Below, piece by piece: positions 20,016-30,084 of a DNA stretch of 64,000 nt. The notes beneath the pieces are model-generated. The model did not search any database, was not told the origin of the DNA, and was given only the letters and a program-made list of their open reading frames with translations. Source of the DNA: Prosthecochloris sp. (lineage in GTDB: Bacteria > Bacteroidota > Chlorobiia > Chlorobiales > Chlorobiaceae); assembly GCA_004028745.1 (NCBI GenBank), contig RAZP01000035.1, positions 3,940 through 67,939 on the forward strand, written 5' to 3'. How positions within the stretch are numbered: position 1 is the first letter of the stretch; the number at the start of each line of letters is the position of its first letter. The position numbers were made by a program, and so were the translations under genes.

Positions 20016-22031
20016 ATGAGCCATACCTTTTACCAGCGCAAACCCACAATCAGCAACCGTAAATTCGATGGCAGGAGACGTGTCATTATCGAGGGTGTTT
20101 CACCGGAGATCGACGATGGGCTATATCCCGCCAAAAGAGTTACAGGGGAAACGGCTGTAGTTGGCGCGGATATTTTTACCGATGGAGCCGATGCTATTCG
20201 TGTAGAACTTTGCTTCCGGCCCAAATCATCACGAGCATGGAAGCGTGTTCCCATGAAATTTCTTGTCAACGACCGGTGGGAGGCGGAATTTACTCCTGGA
20301 GCGCCCGGTGTATGGGAGTTTACCATCGAAGCATGGCTTGACCATTTTCAGACGTGGCGAAGAGGATTGATTAAAAAAATCGAAGACGGCCAGGATGTTT
20401 CCCTTGAACTGCGAATGGGCGCAACGATGATTGAGGATGCAGCCGGTCGTGCGTCGAAAAAGGATGCGGCACGATTGAGGGAACTTGCATCTGTTATGAC
20501 ATCAGGTGAAGCAGCGGTTGCGGAATCGGCAGCACAATGCGACGAGCTTCAGGGTTTGATGCAGCAATACCCTGACAAAGAGTTTGCCGCGAAATATTGC
20601 AGGGTGCTTGAGATAAGGGTTGATCAGACAAAAGCTGGATTCAGTACCTGGTATGAGTTTTTCCCACGCTCCTGGGCAGAGGAGCCGGGAAAGCACGGAA
20701 CCTTCAAGGAGTGTAAGCGTCTGCTCCCATTGATTGCCCGGATGGGCTTTGACGTTGTGTATTTGCCTCCTATTCACCCGATAGGTTCGACAAAGCGGAA
20801 AGGGCGTAACAACGCTCTTGTTGCCGGGCCTGATGATCCGGGGAGCTGCTGGGCGATTGGAAGCAAGGACGGCGGGCACAAAGCAATTCATCCCGAGCTC
20901 GGGACAATAGAGGATTTCGAGGCGTTTGTCCGTGAGGCTGAGAAGCATGGAATTTCCGTTGCCCTTGATATAGCATTCCAGTGTTCTCCCGATCATCCTT
21001 ATGTAAGGGAGCACCCGCAATGGTTTAAATGGCGGCCGGATGGGACGGTGCAGTTCGCGGAGAACCCGCCGAAAAAGTATGAGGATATCCTGCCGATTGA
21101 TTTCGAAACCGAAGACTGGGAAAATCTCTGGATCGAACTCAAAAGCGTCATGCTTTTCTGGATAAAAAAAGGGGTAAGGATATTCAGGGTGGATAACCCG
21201 CACACCAAGGCGTTTCTTTTCTGGGACTGGGCAATCAGTGAGATAAGTGCGGAGTATCCCGACGCTGTTTTTCTGGCCGAAGCGTTCACGCGCCCTAAGG
21301 TTATGGCAAGGCTTGCAAAAGGAGGCTTCAACCAATCCTATACCTACTTTACCTGGAGAAACACCAAGAAGGATCTTCAGGAGTATCTTATTGAACTGAC
21401 GACGACTGAGGTCAAAGAGTACATGAGGCCGAATTTCTGGCCGAATACACCCGATATTCTGCATGAAGAGTTGCAGGCGGGACACCGTTCAACATTCATT
21501 GCCAGAATGGTGCTCGCAGCCACTCTCTCATCGAATTACGGAATGTACGGTCCGGCATACGAGCTTTGCGAGCATGTTCCCGTCAGGAAAGGCAAAGAGG
21601 AGTACCTCGATTCGGAAAAGTATGAAATCAAGCAATGGGACATGGACAGGCCGGGCAACATCCGCGCAGAGATCACGGCAGTAAACCGTATAAGAATGGA
21701 GAATGCCGCTCTTCAGCAAACAAACAACATCGAATTTGTGAGGGTTGACGCAGGAGAAGGGTGTGAACACGAAATGCTCATGGCATATGTGAAATGCTCA
21801 CCGGACGACGAAAATATTATCTTGACGGTTGTCAATCTCGACCCGCAGAACACACATACCGGATGGCTGCGTTTTCCGCTTGAAAAATTCGAATTGCCGC
21901 ATACCCATCATTTCAGGGTGGAGGATCTTATAAGCGGCCGTACCTATGAGTGGGATGGCGAGTGGAACTACATCGAGCTGAATCCCGAATACATGCCTGC
22001 ACATATTTTCAAGGTTCATCTGCATCCATAA
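20016..22031 (+). CDS. glgE: alpha-1,4-glucan:maltose-1-phosphate maltosyltransferase
   Basis: WYEFFPRS, YLPPIHPIG, AENPPKKYEDI, FRVDNPHTK, FLAEAFTRP, NTPDIL. Confidence 0.95.
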   Translation: MSHTFYQRKPTISNRKFDGRRRVIIEGVSPEIDDGLYPAKRVTGETAVVGADIFTDGADAIRVELCFRPKSSRAWKRVPMKFLVNDRWEAEFTPGAPGVWEFTIEAWLDHFQTWRRGLIKKIEDGQDVSLELRMGATMIEDAAGRASKKDAARLRELASVMTSGEAAVAESAAQCDELQGLMQQYPDKEFAAKYCRVLEIRVDQTKAGFSTWYEFFPRSWAEEPGKHGTFKECKRLLPLIARMGFDVVYLPPIHPIGSTKRKGRNNALVAGPDDPGSCWAIGSKDGGHKAIHPELGTIEDFEAFVREAEKHGISVALDIAFQCSPDHPYVREHPQWFKWRPDGTVQFAENPPKKYEDILPIDFETEDWENLWIELKSVMLFWIKKGVRIFRVDNPHTKAFLFWDWAISEISAEYPDAVFLAEAFTRPKVMARLAKGGFNQSYTYFTWRNTKKDLQEYLIELTTTEVKEYMRPNFWPNTPDILHEELQAGHRSTFIARMVLAATLSSNYGMYGPAYELCEHVPVRKGKEEYLDSEKYEIKQWDMDRPGNIRAEITAVNRIRMENAALQQTNNIEFVRVDAGEGCEHEMLMAYVKCSPDDENIILTVVNLDPQNTHTGWLRFPLEKFELPHTHHFRVEDLISGRTYEWDGEWNYIELNPEYMPAHIFKVHLHP

Positions 22032-22113
22032 TGAATCACTATTCTTTTGTCTGGAACCATGACTTTCCTGTGAAAGGGTTTCTATAGTATCTCCAATATC
22101 ATTCTTGAACTCT

Positions 22114-25100
22114 ATGCCCCGAGCATCTGAAAAAAAATATCAGCCTGAACCGCTTTGGTACAAGGATGCCATAATTTATGAAGCACATGTCAAGACTTTT
22201 TATGACAGCAACAATGACGGTATCGGTGATTTCGAAGGACTGCGCCAGAAGCTGCCCTATTTGGAAAGCCTTGGCATTACCGCTATCTGGCTGCTGCCTT
22301 TTTATCCGTCGCCGTTGAAAGATGACGGCTACGATATTGCCGATTACATGGATGTGAACCCGGATTACGGCACAATCGAGGATTTCAGGGCATTTCTCAA
22401 TGAAGCCCATGAACGGGGCCTCAAAGTGATTACCGAGTTGGTAATCAACCACACGTCGGATCAGCACGCATGGTTCCAGCGTGCCCGGAAAGCAAAGCCA
22501 GGATCGGTCGAAAGGAATTATTATGTGTGGAGCAAAGACCCTGGAAAATATGCTGATGCACGGATCATTTTCCAGGATTTCGAGGCTTCGAACTGGAGCT
22601 ACGATTCTGTTGCGGAAGAGTATTTCTGGCACCGTTTTTATCACCATCAGCCCGATTTGAATTTTGAAAATCCTGCCGTTGAAAAAGCTATTTACAAGGT
22701 ACTCGACTATTGGCTGGAGATGGGGGTAGACGGTCTCCGCCTCGATGCAGTACCCTATCTCTATGAAGAAGAGGGGAGCAACTGCGAAAATCTGTCGCGT
22801 ACCCACGAGTTTCTGAAAAAGCTGCGCAGGCATGTCGACCGAAAATTTCCGAACCGCATGCTGCTTGCCGAGGCGAACCAGTGGCCGGAAGACGCCGCGG
22901 AATATTTCGGCGACGGTGACGAGTGCCACATGAACTTTCACTTTCCTCTTATGCCGAGAATGTTCATGGCTCTGGAGACGGAGGATCGCTTTCCGATAAT
23001 CGACATCCTTGAGCAAACGCCGGAAATACCCGAAAGCTGTCAGTGGGCGTCATTTCTTCGCAACCACGACGAGCTGACCCTCGAGATGGTGACCGACGAG
23101 GAGCGTGATTACATGCGCCGCGTCTATGCCAATGATCCCAGGGCAAGGATTAACCTCGGTATACGGCGCCGCCTCGCACCGCTTATGTCAAACAACCGCC
23201 GCAGGGTCGAATTGATGAACATTATGCTGCTTTCCCTGCCCGGTACGCCGGTACTTTACTACGGTGACGAGATCGGTATGGGCGACAACTATTATCTTGG
23301 CGACCGCGACGGCGTAAGAACTCCCATGCAGTGGAACAGTGACCGGAATGCCGGTTTTTCACGGGCTAACCCCCAGCAGCTGCAGCTTCCGGTCATTATC
23401 GATCCGGAGTACCATTACGAAGCGGTCAATGTCGAAGTGCAGGAAGGCAACATCAATTCCCTCCTCTGGTGGATGAGGCATATGCTCGTGACAGCGCGTC
23501 GTTACAAGGCGTTCAGCAGGGGAGATGTTCAGTTTATCCACGCAGAAAATCCGCAAGCGCTGATTTTTACCAGGACCTATGAGGATGAAACCATGCTCTG
23601 CATCATCAACCTGTCCAAGAGCCCGCAGGCGGTAAACGTCGATCTTTCGGAATATGATGGTTTCATTCCTGAGGAGGTGTTCAGTCTCAGTTATTTTCCC
23701 CGGATCAGATCGACCCCATATACCGTGACGCTCGGTCCCTACGGATATTTCTGGTTCAGACTGATTGAGAGTCATGAGGAAATTGAAGATCGCCCGTATC
23801 TCGAACATTCCTTTGCAAGGGTGTCTCGATGGCAGGATCTTTTCGGAGGGAAATACCTCGAACGTTTGGAGACCCGGATTCTGCCTAAATACATCCGCAA
23901 CTGCCGCTGGTTCGGCGGCAAGGCACGCAAGATCGTTAGGGTTGCGATAGCCGAAAACATCGAGGTCAAAGAACATGACAATATCCGTTACCTGATTGTC
24001 GAGGTTCGCTATCCAAGCGGCTCGAACGAACTGTATCAGCTTCCGGTATCCTATGTTCCTGCTGAACAGATAGACCAGGAGGATGAAAACTTTTCAAAAC
24101 GGGTTATCGTCAAGGTAAAAGTTGAGGACAGTGAGGGCTATCTCTGTGACGCAACATGGCAGGAGGATTTCCAGAAGGTGCTGCTTGAGATGATTGCCGG
24201 GCAGTCCGACCTGAGAGGAAAGGCCGGAAAAATCACCTCCCTGCGTGGAGCAAAGCTCGATGATTTTCTTAACGGTACGCCGGTTGAAGAGATTGATTCC
24301 TCATTGTTCGGGGCTGAACAGAGCAATACCTCTATCATGTTTGACGACTCGCTTTGTCTGAAACTCTACAGAAAGATCTCTTCCGGAGTTTCTCCCGAAG
24401 TTGAAATCTGCCGTGTGCTGACCGAGAATACCAAGTTCGAGAGTGTGCCGTTTTATCTCGGTACGTTGAATTATACCAGAAGCCGCAGGGATCAGTGTTC
24501 TTTGGCGGTCCTGCAGAATTATGTGCCGAATCAGGGTGATGCCTGGAAAGTGACCCTGAACTTTGTGCATCGCTACTACGAGGACGTGCTGGCAAGGCAG
24601 CACCAGATTGAAGCGGTGCCGGAGCTACCGCTTTCCGGCGGAGAGAAGATGCCAATGCCGGAGATCATGCATGAGTTGATCGGGGAGGTGTATCTTGAAA
24701 TGGTCGAGAAGCTTGCCAAAAGAACGGCAGGCATGCACAAAGCGCTGGCCTCGAAAAGGCTTGGAGATGATTTTGCACCGGAACCCTTTACAACCCTCTA
24801 CCAGCGTTCCATTTACCAGTCCATGCGTGAGCAGGTGAAAAGGGGAATGGTGATGCTGAAACAGCAAAAGAAAAAAATCGCCGTCGAGTATCAGGAGCTT
24901 GCTGAAGAGATCCTTGACAGTGAACCTGCTATCCTGCAGCAGCTTTCTCATATAAAGCAGGGGAAAATAGAGGGTGGAAAGATCAGGATTCACGGCGACT
25001 ATCATCTGGGTCAGGTTCTTTTTACCGGTAAGGATTTCATTATCATCGATTTCGAGGGAGAACCTGCAAGGTCTCTCAGTGAACGCAGGCTGAAGCGTTC

Positions 25101-25434
25101 GGTTTTCAGGGATCTGGCCGGTATGATCCGTTCGTTCCATTACGCAGTCTTCAGCGTGCTTGTTAACGACAAGTCAATCAGGCCTGAAGATAGTGAAAGC
25201 CTTGAGCACTGGGCTGAGCTGTGGAGTTTTTATGTAGGGCAGCATTTCTATGAATTGTATGCACGGGAGATCAAGGGTAAGGGGCTGATACCGAAAGAGC
25301 CGCAACAACAGGCGCTGCTGCTGCGGGCGTACCTTATGGACAAGGCAATTTATGAGTTGAACTATGAGTTGAACAACCGGCCTGAATGGGTGGGGATTGC
25401 GCTGAAGGGGCTGCACAGGCTGCTTGAGTCCTGA
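22114..25434 (+). CDS. treS: trehalose synthase / maltokinase fusion
   Basis: WYKDAIIYE, LRLDAVPY, AEANQWP, FLRNHDELTLEMV; C-terminal EQSNTS, RIHGDYHLGQVL, IIDFEGEP. Confidence 0.95.
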   Translation: MPRASEKKYQPEPLWYKDAIIYEAHVKTFYDSNNDGIGDFEGLRQKLPYLESLGITAIWLLPFYPSPLKDDGYDIADYMDVNPDYGTIEDFRAFLNEAHERGLKVITELVINHTSDQHAWFQRARKAKPGSVERNYYVWSKDPGKYADARIIFQDFEASNWSYDSVAEEYFWHRFYHHQPDLNFENPAVEKAIYKVLDYWLEMGVDGLRLDAVPYLYEEEGSNCENLSRTHEFLKKLRRHVDRKFPNRMLLAEANQWPEDAAEYFGDGDECHMNFHFPLMPRMFMALETEDRFPIIDILEQTPEIPESCQWASFLRNHDELTLEMVTDEERDYMRRVYANDPRARINLGIRRRLAPLMSNNRRRVELMNIMLLSLPGTPVLYYGDEIGMGDNYYLGDRDGVRTPMQWNSDRNAGFSRANPQQLQLPVIIDPEYHYEAVNVEVQEGNINSLLWWMRHMLVTARRYKAFSRGDVQFIHAENPQALIFTRTYEDETMLCIINLSKSPQAVNVDLSEYDGFIPEEVFSLSYFPRIRSTPYTVTLGPYGYFWFRLIESHEEIEDRPYLEHSFARVSRWQDLFGGKYLERLETRILPKYIRNCRWFGGKARKIVRVAIAENIEVKEHDNIRYLIVEVRYPSGSNELYQLPVSYVPAEQIDQEDENFSKRVIVKVKVEDSEGYLCDATWQEDFQKVLLEMIAGQSDLRGKAGKITSLRGAKLDDFLNGTPVEEIDSSLFGAEQSNTSIMFDDSLCLKLYRKISSGVSPEVEICRVLTENTKFESVPFYLGTLNYTRSRRDQCSLAVLQNYVPNQGDAWKVTLNFVHRYYEDVLARQHQIEAVPELPLSGGEKMPMPEIMHELIGEVYLEMVEKLAKRTAGMHKALASKRLGDDFAPEPFTTLYQRSIYQSMREQVKRGMVMLKQQKKKIAVEYQELAEEILDSEPAILQQLSHIKQGKIEGGKIRIHGDYHLGQVLFTGKDFIIIDFEGEPARSLSERRLKRSVFRDLAGMIRSFHYAVFSVLVNDKSIRPEDSESLEHWAELWSFYVGQHFYELYAREIKGKGLIPKEPQQQALLLRAYLMDKAIYELNYELNNRPEWVGIALKGLHRLLES

Positions 25435-25513
25435 TACTAACACGCACCGAAAAAAGGGTAGAGGAAAAAACCGTGCCGGATATGCAGCACATCCGGGGGC
25501 AATGTGGTTGTAA

Positions 25514-25741
25514 TTAAAGGTCGAGACGATTCTCCAGAAAATCTTCCGATTCAGCATCACTGATATCCTTGCGCCCCAGTTCGAAATCATCGGTTTTCTT
25601 GCGCAGAATGATGGTTCCCTGGTTATCGACGGCATAGTAATAGACGGTATCGTCTTCTATTTCAAGCTGCTTCCTGATCTCCGAAAATTTTGCTGACTGC
25701 ATGAATTCTCCTTCGACAGTTGAGTTGTTGATTGCATTCAT
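25514..25741 (-). CDS. hypothetical protein
   Basis: 75-aa acidic ORF filling an intergenic gap; no family recognised. Confidence 0.45.
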   Translation of the reverse strand: MNAINNSTVEGEFMQSAKFSEIRKQLEIEDDTVYYYAVDNQGTIILRKKTDDFELGRKDISDAESEDFLENRLDL

Positions 25742-25827
25742 CGACAGGGAATGATATGACCCACCGCTATAGGTTCCATATGTAATGTATGGAGTATTTT
25801 TTTGAATAAGAAAGCAGGTTCACTGTA

Positions 25828-25977
25828 GGACACCTCTATTTATTGTTATGAGTCCCGATTGCATCGGGATGCAAGGTGAACGGAGCGCAGAAACCGGGGT
25901 GTACACAGAGTACATGAGGATTTTGAGCACCGCTCAACAAAGTATTCGGGTTGCGCAACAAATTAATAGGGGTGCAC
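25828..25977. mobile_element. MITE copy, 150 bp, degenerate ends, no clear TSD
   Basis: ggacacctcta..acggagcgcagaaaccgg..gtacatgaggatt..taggggtgcac aligns with 5804-5946. Confidence 0.85.
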
Positions 25978-26100
25978 TAAATTTTCTTACTGCTGTTTTT
26001 TTACCTGCTCCCACAACGCATCCAACTCTTCGACAGTATGATCCTGCCAGCTTTTTTCTGACTGCATAACCATGGTTTCAAGACTCAGAAAGCTTCAGCT

Positions 26101-26337
26101 TTATAGACGATCTTCTTCGGCAGGTTCAACAGCTTTTACCTTGGAGAGTGCTTTTTTAAACTTTTCACGGCTTCCTCTGGCAGCTCTGTTTTCAAGATAA
26201 TCTTCGGTGATCAAGGCTGAAATCTTTTCAGCCAGTGCAGTTGTGATAAACTGGTTCACCGAGATGTTTTCCTGCGCAGCCAGTTCTTTCGCTTTCTTAT
26301 GCAAGGACTCAGGAAGTCTCACACTTAAGGTGCTCAT
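26101..26337 (-). CDS. ribbon-helix-helix antitoxin (HicB-like)
   Basis: MSTLSVRLPESLH..ISVNQFITTALAEK; ATGA overlap with the PIN gene. Confidence 0.85.
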   Translation of the reverse strand: MSTLSVRLPESLHKKAKELAAQENISVNQFITTALAEKISALITEDYLENRAARGSREKFKKALSKVKAVEPAEEDRL

Positions 26338-26756
26338 GATAGTTCTCCCAATCGTTGTAACAATTCTTTTGGCGTGGCGACACCGATGCCGAATCGTTTG
26401 CATTCCTCGAAATCACGTTTATTGTATGTGATAATCCAGCCGCTGTTGGATTCAACAGCAAGCTCGAGAATCATGTCATCTTTAGGATCTTTAAGCAAAG
26501 GTCGCCACAGATAAAATATTTTTCTTTTGTTGCCTACAGCACAAAGGTAGTCTAGTATATCGTCAATATCGTCAGGTTCCAGCCCGAGAGTTTTTGACTG
26601 TCTTTTGGCGACAGTTTCAAACTCAAGAATGAGCGGTACTGAGATGCAGAGATCAAATTTCCCGGTTCCTGTCATTGAGAGCAGCCGGAACGAAGCTCCT
26701 TTGTTTGAGCGCAGAGCACTGATGAAAACATTTGTGTCTATTACTATCCTGTACAT
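26334..26756 (-). CDS. PIN-domain toxin
   Basis: IVIDTNVFISAL..DPKDDMILELA..IITYNKRDF. Confidence 0.9.
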   Translation of the reverse strand: MYRIVIDTNVFISALRSNKGASFRLLSMTGTGKFDLCISVPLILEFETVAKRQSKTLGLEPDDIDDILDYLCAVGNKRKIFYLWRPLLKDPKDDMILELAVESNSGWIITYNKRDFEECKRFGIGVATPKELLQRLGELS

Positions 26757-26830
26757 GTTGGTATTATATGTAATACCGTATTGTTCTGCAAAACGTTCCT
26801 CAACTTAATGAAAGACATGTTAAGAAGTAC

Positions 26831-27652
26831 CTATAATTTCTTCTTAACCTGCTCCCACAGCGCATCGAGCTCTTCGGCGGTATGATCCTGCCAGCTTCTG
26901 CCTGATTTGCTGATCAGCTCTTCCACAGCCATGAAACGTTTCATGAACTTGTTTGTGGACTTGCGCAACGAGTCCTCGGGATTTGCTCCGATGAATCGGC
27001 TGTAGTTGACGATGGTGAAAAGGATATCCCCGAATTCGGCTTCTTTTTCTTCTTTCGTCACTGCTGTTCGCAGTTCGCCGATCTCTTCGAGAAGCTTGTC
27101 GAGGACACTTTCGTCACTGGTCCAGTCGAAGCCGACACCAGCTACTTTTTTCTGCACACGATAGGCCCGGAGAAGTTCCGACATGGCTTTGGGAACGCCG
27201 TCGAGCAGACTTCTGCGTCCTTTTTCCTGAAGTTTGAGGGATTCCCAGTTTTTCAGAACCTCCTTTTCGTTGTCGGCAACGGTTTCCCCGAAAACATGCG
27301 GGTGACGGCTGATGAGTTTGTCGCAAAGGGAATCGAACACTTCGGAAAAAGTGAACTTGCCGGATTCCTCCGCCATGAGGACCTGAAAGGCGACATGGAG
27401 GAACAGGTCCCCGAGTTCCTTTTTCAGTTCCCGGTCGTCGTTTTCATCGATGGCATGAATCAACTCATAGCTTTCTTCAAGCAGGAGGTGAGAAAGTGAT
27501 GCCGGGGTTTGCTTACGGTCCCAGGGGCATTCGGAACGGAGCACTTTTACCAGCTTGATGACCCGGTCGAATTTTTCCTGTATGCTTTTACCGGTGTTAT
27601 GCAGCACGTCGTGCTTGAGGTGTTCTATGCTCTTTTCCTGTGACGTTTTCAT
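26831..27652 (-). CDS. mazG: nucleoside triphosphate pyrophosphohydrolase MazG
   Basis: CPWDRKQT, EESYE, ELGDL, KLISRHPHVF, GFDW, EFGDILF; ATG 27652 chosen. Confidence 0.95.
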   Translation of the reverse strand: MKTSQEKSIEHLKHDVLHNTGKSIQEKFDRVIKLVKVLRSECPWDRKQTPASLSHLLLEESYELIHAIDENDDRELKKELGDLFLHVAFQVLMAEESGKFTFSEVFDSLCDKLISRHPHVFGETVADNEKEVLKNWESLKLQEKGRRSLLDGVPKAMSELLRAYRVQKKVAGVGFDWTSDESVLDKLLEEIGELRTAVTKEEKEAEFGDILFTIVNYSRFIGANPEDSLRKSTNKFMKRFMAVEELISKSGRSWQDHTAEELDALWEQVKKKL

Positions 27653-27731
27653 TGCTGTCGCTTCGCTTGAAGGTTCCTGGTACGGTGCAGGCAAAGTTAA
27701 TATATCTATAAGATTTTCTGTACTTTTGATG

Positions 27732-27864
27732 AGGAACCGCTATAAATTTATTACGCATCCTGATTGCTACGTTGGCCGGTGCTCAAAATCCTCACTCCCC
27801 AGCTTGCCGGGATTGAAGTTTATCCCGATAGCATCGGGACTCACGACAATTTATAGAGGTTCCA
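27732..27864. mobile_element. MITE variant with GGAACC-type ends
   Basis: ggaaccgctataaatt ... atcgggactcacgacaatttatagaggttcc; shares gctcaaaatcctca with the 25828 copy (reverse strand) and cgggactca with the 25828 and 57429 copies. Confidence 0.75.
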
Positions 27865-27896
27865 ATAAGAACCTTACTTTTTGAAAAAAAGGAGCT

Positions 27897-28568
27897 ATGG
27901 ACCTGAAGGGCAAGACGGCGGTGGTGACGGGTTCGAGTTCAGGGATCGGCCTTGAGCTTTGCGGTTTGTTGACAGATAAAGGTGCTTCAGTCTACGGTTT
28001 CAGTCGACGCCTGACAACAATGAATAGTCCTGGGTTCACCTGGATACAGACCGATGTAACAAAACAAGAGGAAATTGACCGGGCATTCGATAGGGTTTTA
28101 CGTGAGCATGAATGCGTCGATATACTGGTCAACAATGCGGGGTTCGGTCTCTTCGGTGCTATAGAGGCGCTTGAACCGGAAGACTGGAGCAGGTTGATGG
28201 CGACCAATCTGACGGCGGCCTTTCTCTGTACACGAAGGGTGATTCCCGGCATGAAGGCCGCGAGGCGCGGTACGATCGTCAATGTGGCTTCGATTGCCGG
28301 GAAGCGCGGGTTCAAGTCAGGTTCGGCTTACTGTGCCACCAAGTTCGGACTGAACGGTTTTTCCGAGGCACTGGCTGAGGAGCTTCGGGAAGAGGGCATC
28401 CGGGTATGCAGCATCAATCCCGGCTCAACCGACACGGAGTTTTTCGACCGGGCAGGCATTGAACCCAAAAAACTGATGAATAAAAAGGATGTTGCTTCTC
28501 TGATCCTTGCCATGATTGAGCTTCCTGACGATATGCTGCCCGACCAGATTGTCGTGAGGCCGCTTTGA
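27897..28568 (+). CDS. short-chain dehydrogenase/reductase
   Basis: TGSSSGIG, NNAG, YCATK. Confidence 0.9.
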   Translation: MDLKGKTAVVTGSSSGIGLELCGLLTDKGASVYGFSRRLTTMNSPGFTWIQTDVTKQEEIDRAFDRVLREHECVDILVNNAGFGLFGAIEALEPEDWSRLMATNLTAAFLCTRRVIPGMKAARRGTIVNVASIAGKRGFKSGSAYCATKFGLNGFSEALAEELREEGIRVCSINPGSTDTEFFDRAGIEPKKLMNKKDVASLILAMIELPDDMLPDQIVVRPL

Positions 28569-30004
28569 TGACAAACGATGTTATGGATACTGAGTTTTCC
28601 CGACCCGTTCAGGGTGAACCCATAGCTGCCATTGCAACGCCTGTCGGGGTGGGTGCGCTTGCCGTCGTCAGGATGAGCGGTGAAGGTGTGTTTTCCATTG
28701 CCGACAAGGTTTTTACCAAGGCCCGTTCCCTGGAAACATCGCTCTCGGAATCACCGGGGTATACCGCACATTTCGGAAAGCTCTATGACGGAGACCGGAT
28801 GATAGACGAGGTAATCGTGCTGGTGTTCCGCACTCCCGATTCGTTTACGGTCGAGGATATGGTTGAGATTACCTGCCATGGAGGACCGGTGGTAACAAGG
28901 CATGTGCTGAAGCTTCTGCTTGACAACGGATGCAGGCTTGCAGAGCCGGGTGAGTTTACCCGCCGTGCCTTTCTGAACGGAAGGATCGACCTCTTGCAGG
29001 CCGAAGCGATCGGCGAAATGATCCATGCACGTTCCGAGTCAGCCTATCGAACGGCGGTGAGCCAGATGAAGGGAGGGCTTTCGGGGAAGCTCAATACCTT
29101 GCGGGAACAACTGCTGCAATCCTGTGCTTTGCTTGAACTCGAGCTGGATTTCAGTGAGGAAGACGTCGAGTTCCAGAGCCGGGAGGAGTTGAGTGGGCAG
29201 GTTGATATGCTGCAGCGGGAAGTCGAAAAACTTGTGGAATCCTACCAGCAAGGCAGGTTGCTGAGCGAAGGTGTGGCAACCGCCATCATCGGCAGACCCA
29301 ATGCAGGTAAATCAACGCTGCTCAATGCCCTGCTTGACGAAGAACGGGCGATTGTCAGCCACATGCCGGGCACCACGAGGGACTATATCGAAGAGTGTTT
29401 TATTTATGAAAAAACCATGTTCCGGCTCACCGATACAGCCGGGCTTCGCGATACGGTTGAGGAGATCGAGCACGAGGGCATTCGCCGCAGTTATGAAAAA
29501 ATTGCCCAAGCCGACCTGATCCTGTACCTGATGGATATCGGTGCGTCCGATTATGCGCAGGAGGTTCAGGCGATTGTCGAGCTTCGTCGGAAGCATCCCG
29601 ATATAAAACTGATGGTGGTCGCGAACAAGACTGATACCGCTCAAAACAGTGTGAAGCGGACAGAGATTGTTGCGGAGAAAACCGGATGCATGGTCCTCGG
29701 TATTTCCGCTTTGAAACAGGAGGGGCTGGATGCTTTGAAAGCCGAGATGAACACAATGGTCGAAGGATTGGACAAGCTGCACGACGCAAGCGTGCTGGTC
29801 ACCAGCATGCGCCACTACGAAGCCTTGCGTAATGCTGCCGATGCCCTGCAGAACGCTAGGGAACTGATCGACGCGCAATCGGAGACCGAACTGATCGCTT
29901 TCGAACTCCGCTCCGCCCTCGACTACGTCGGCGAGATCACCGGCAAAGTTGTCAACGAAGAAGTCCTCAATGTCATCTTCGGGCAGTTTTGTATTGGGAA
30001 GTAG
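28565..30004 (+). CDS. mnmE: tRNA modification GTPase MnmE/TrmE
   Basis: IAAIATP, AEPGEFTRRAFLNGRIDL, GRPNAGKS, GTTRD, DTAG, C-terminal FCIGK. Confidence 0.97.
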   Translation: MMTNDVMDTEFSRPVQGEPIAAIATPVGVGALAVVRMSGEGVFSIADKVFTKARSLETSLSESPGYTAHFGKLYDGDRMIDEVIVLVFRTPDSFTVEDMVEITCHGGPVVTRHVLKLLLDNGCRLAEPGEFTRRAFLNGRIDLLQAEAIGEMIHARSESAYRTAVSQMKGGLSGKLNTLREQLLQSCALLELELDFSEEDVEFQSREELSGQVDMLQREVEKLVESYQQGRLLSEGVATAIIGRPNAGKSTLLNALLDEERAIVSHMPGTTRDYIEECFIYEKTMFRLTDTAGLRDTVEEIEHEGIRRSYEKIAQADLILYLMDIGASDYAQEVQAIVELRRKHPDIKLMVVANKTDTAQNSVKRTEIVAEKTGCMVLGISALKQEGLDALKAEMNTMVEGLDKLHDASVLVTSMRHYEALRNAADALQNARELIDAQSETELIAFELRSALDYVGEITGKVVNEEVLNVIFGQFCIGK

Positions 30005-30038
30005 ATGTTTTGAGCTGAACCCCCAGCTCAAAACATCT
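30003..30038. terminator. 15-bp perfect hairpin directly after mnmE
   Basis: agatgttttgagctg / cagctcaaaacatct between convergent mnmE and NACHT genes. Confidence 0.6.
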
Positions 30039-30084
30039 TTAACTGTTGATTTGTTTTGCTTGCGGGACAACGTACTGTGGCTTC

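Noticed and set aside
25848-26069. 73-aa ORF
   Set aside because: It is largely a translation of the MITE at 25828-25977.
20502-29789. Long antisense ORFs such as 20502-21485, 22099-23016 and 29312-30070
   Set aside because: They are shadows of well-supported genes (glgE, treS, mnmE) and have no motifs of their own.
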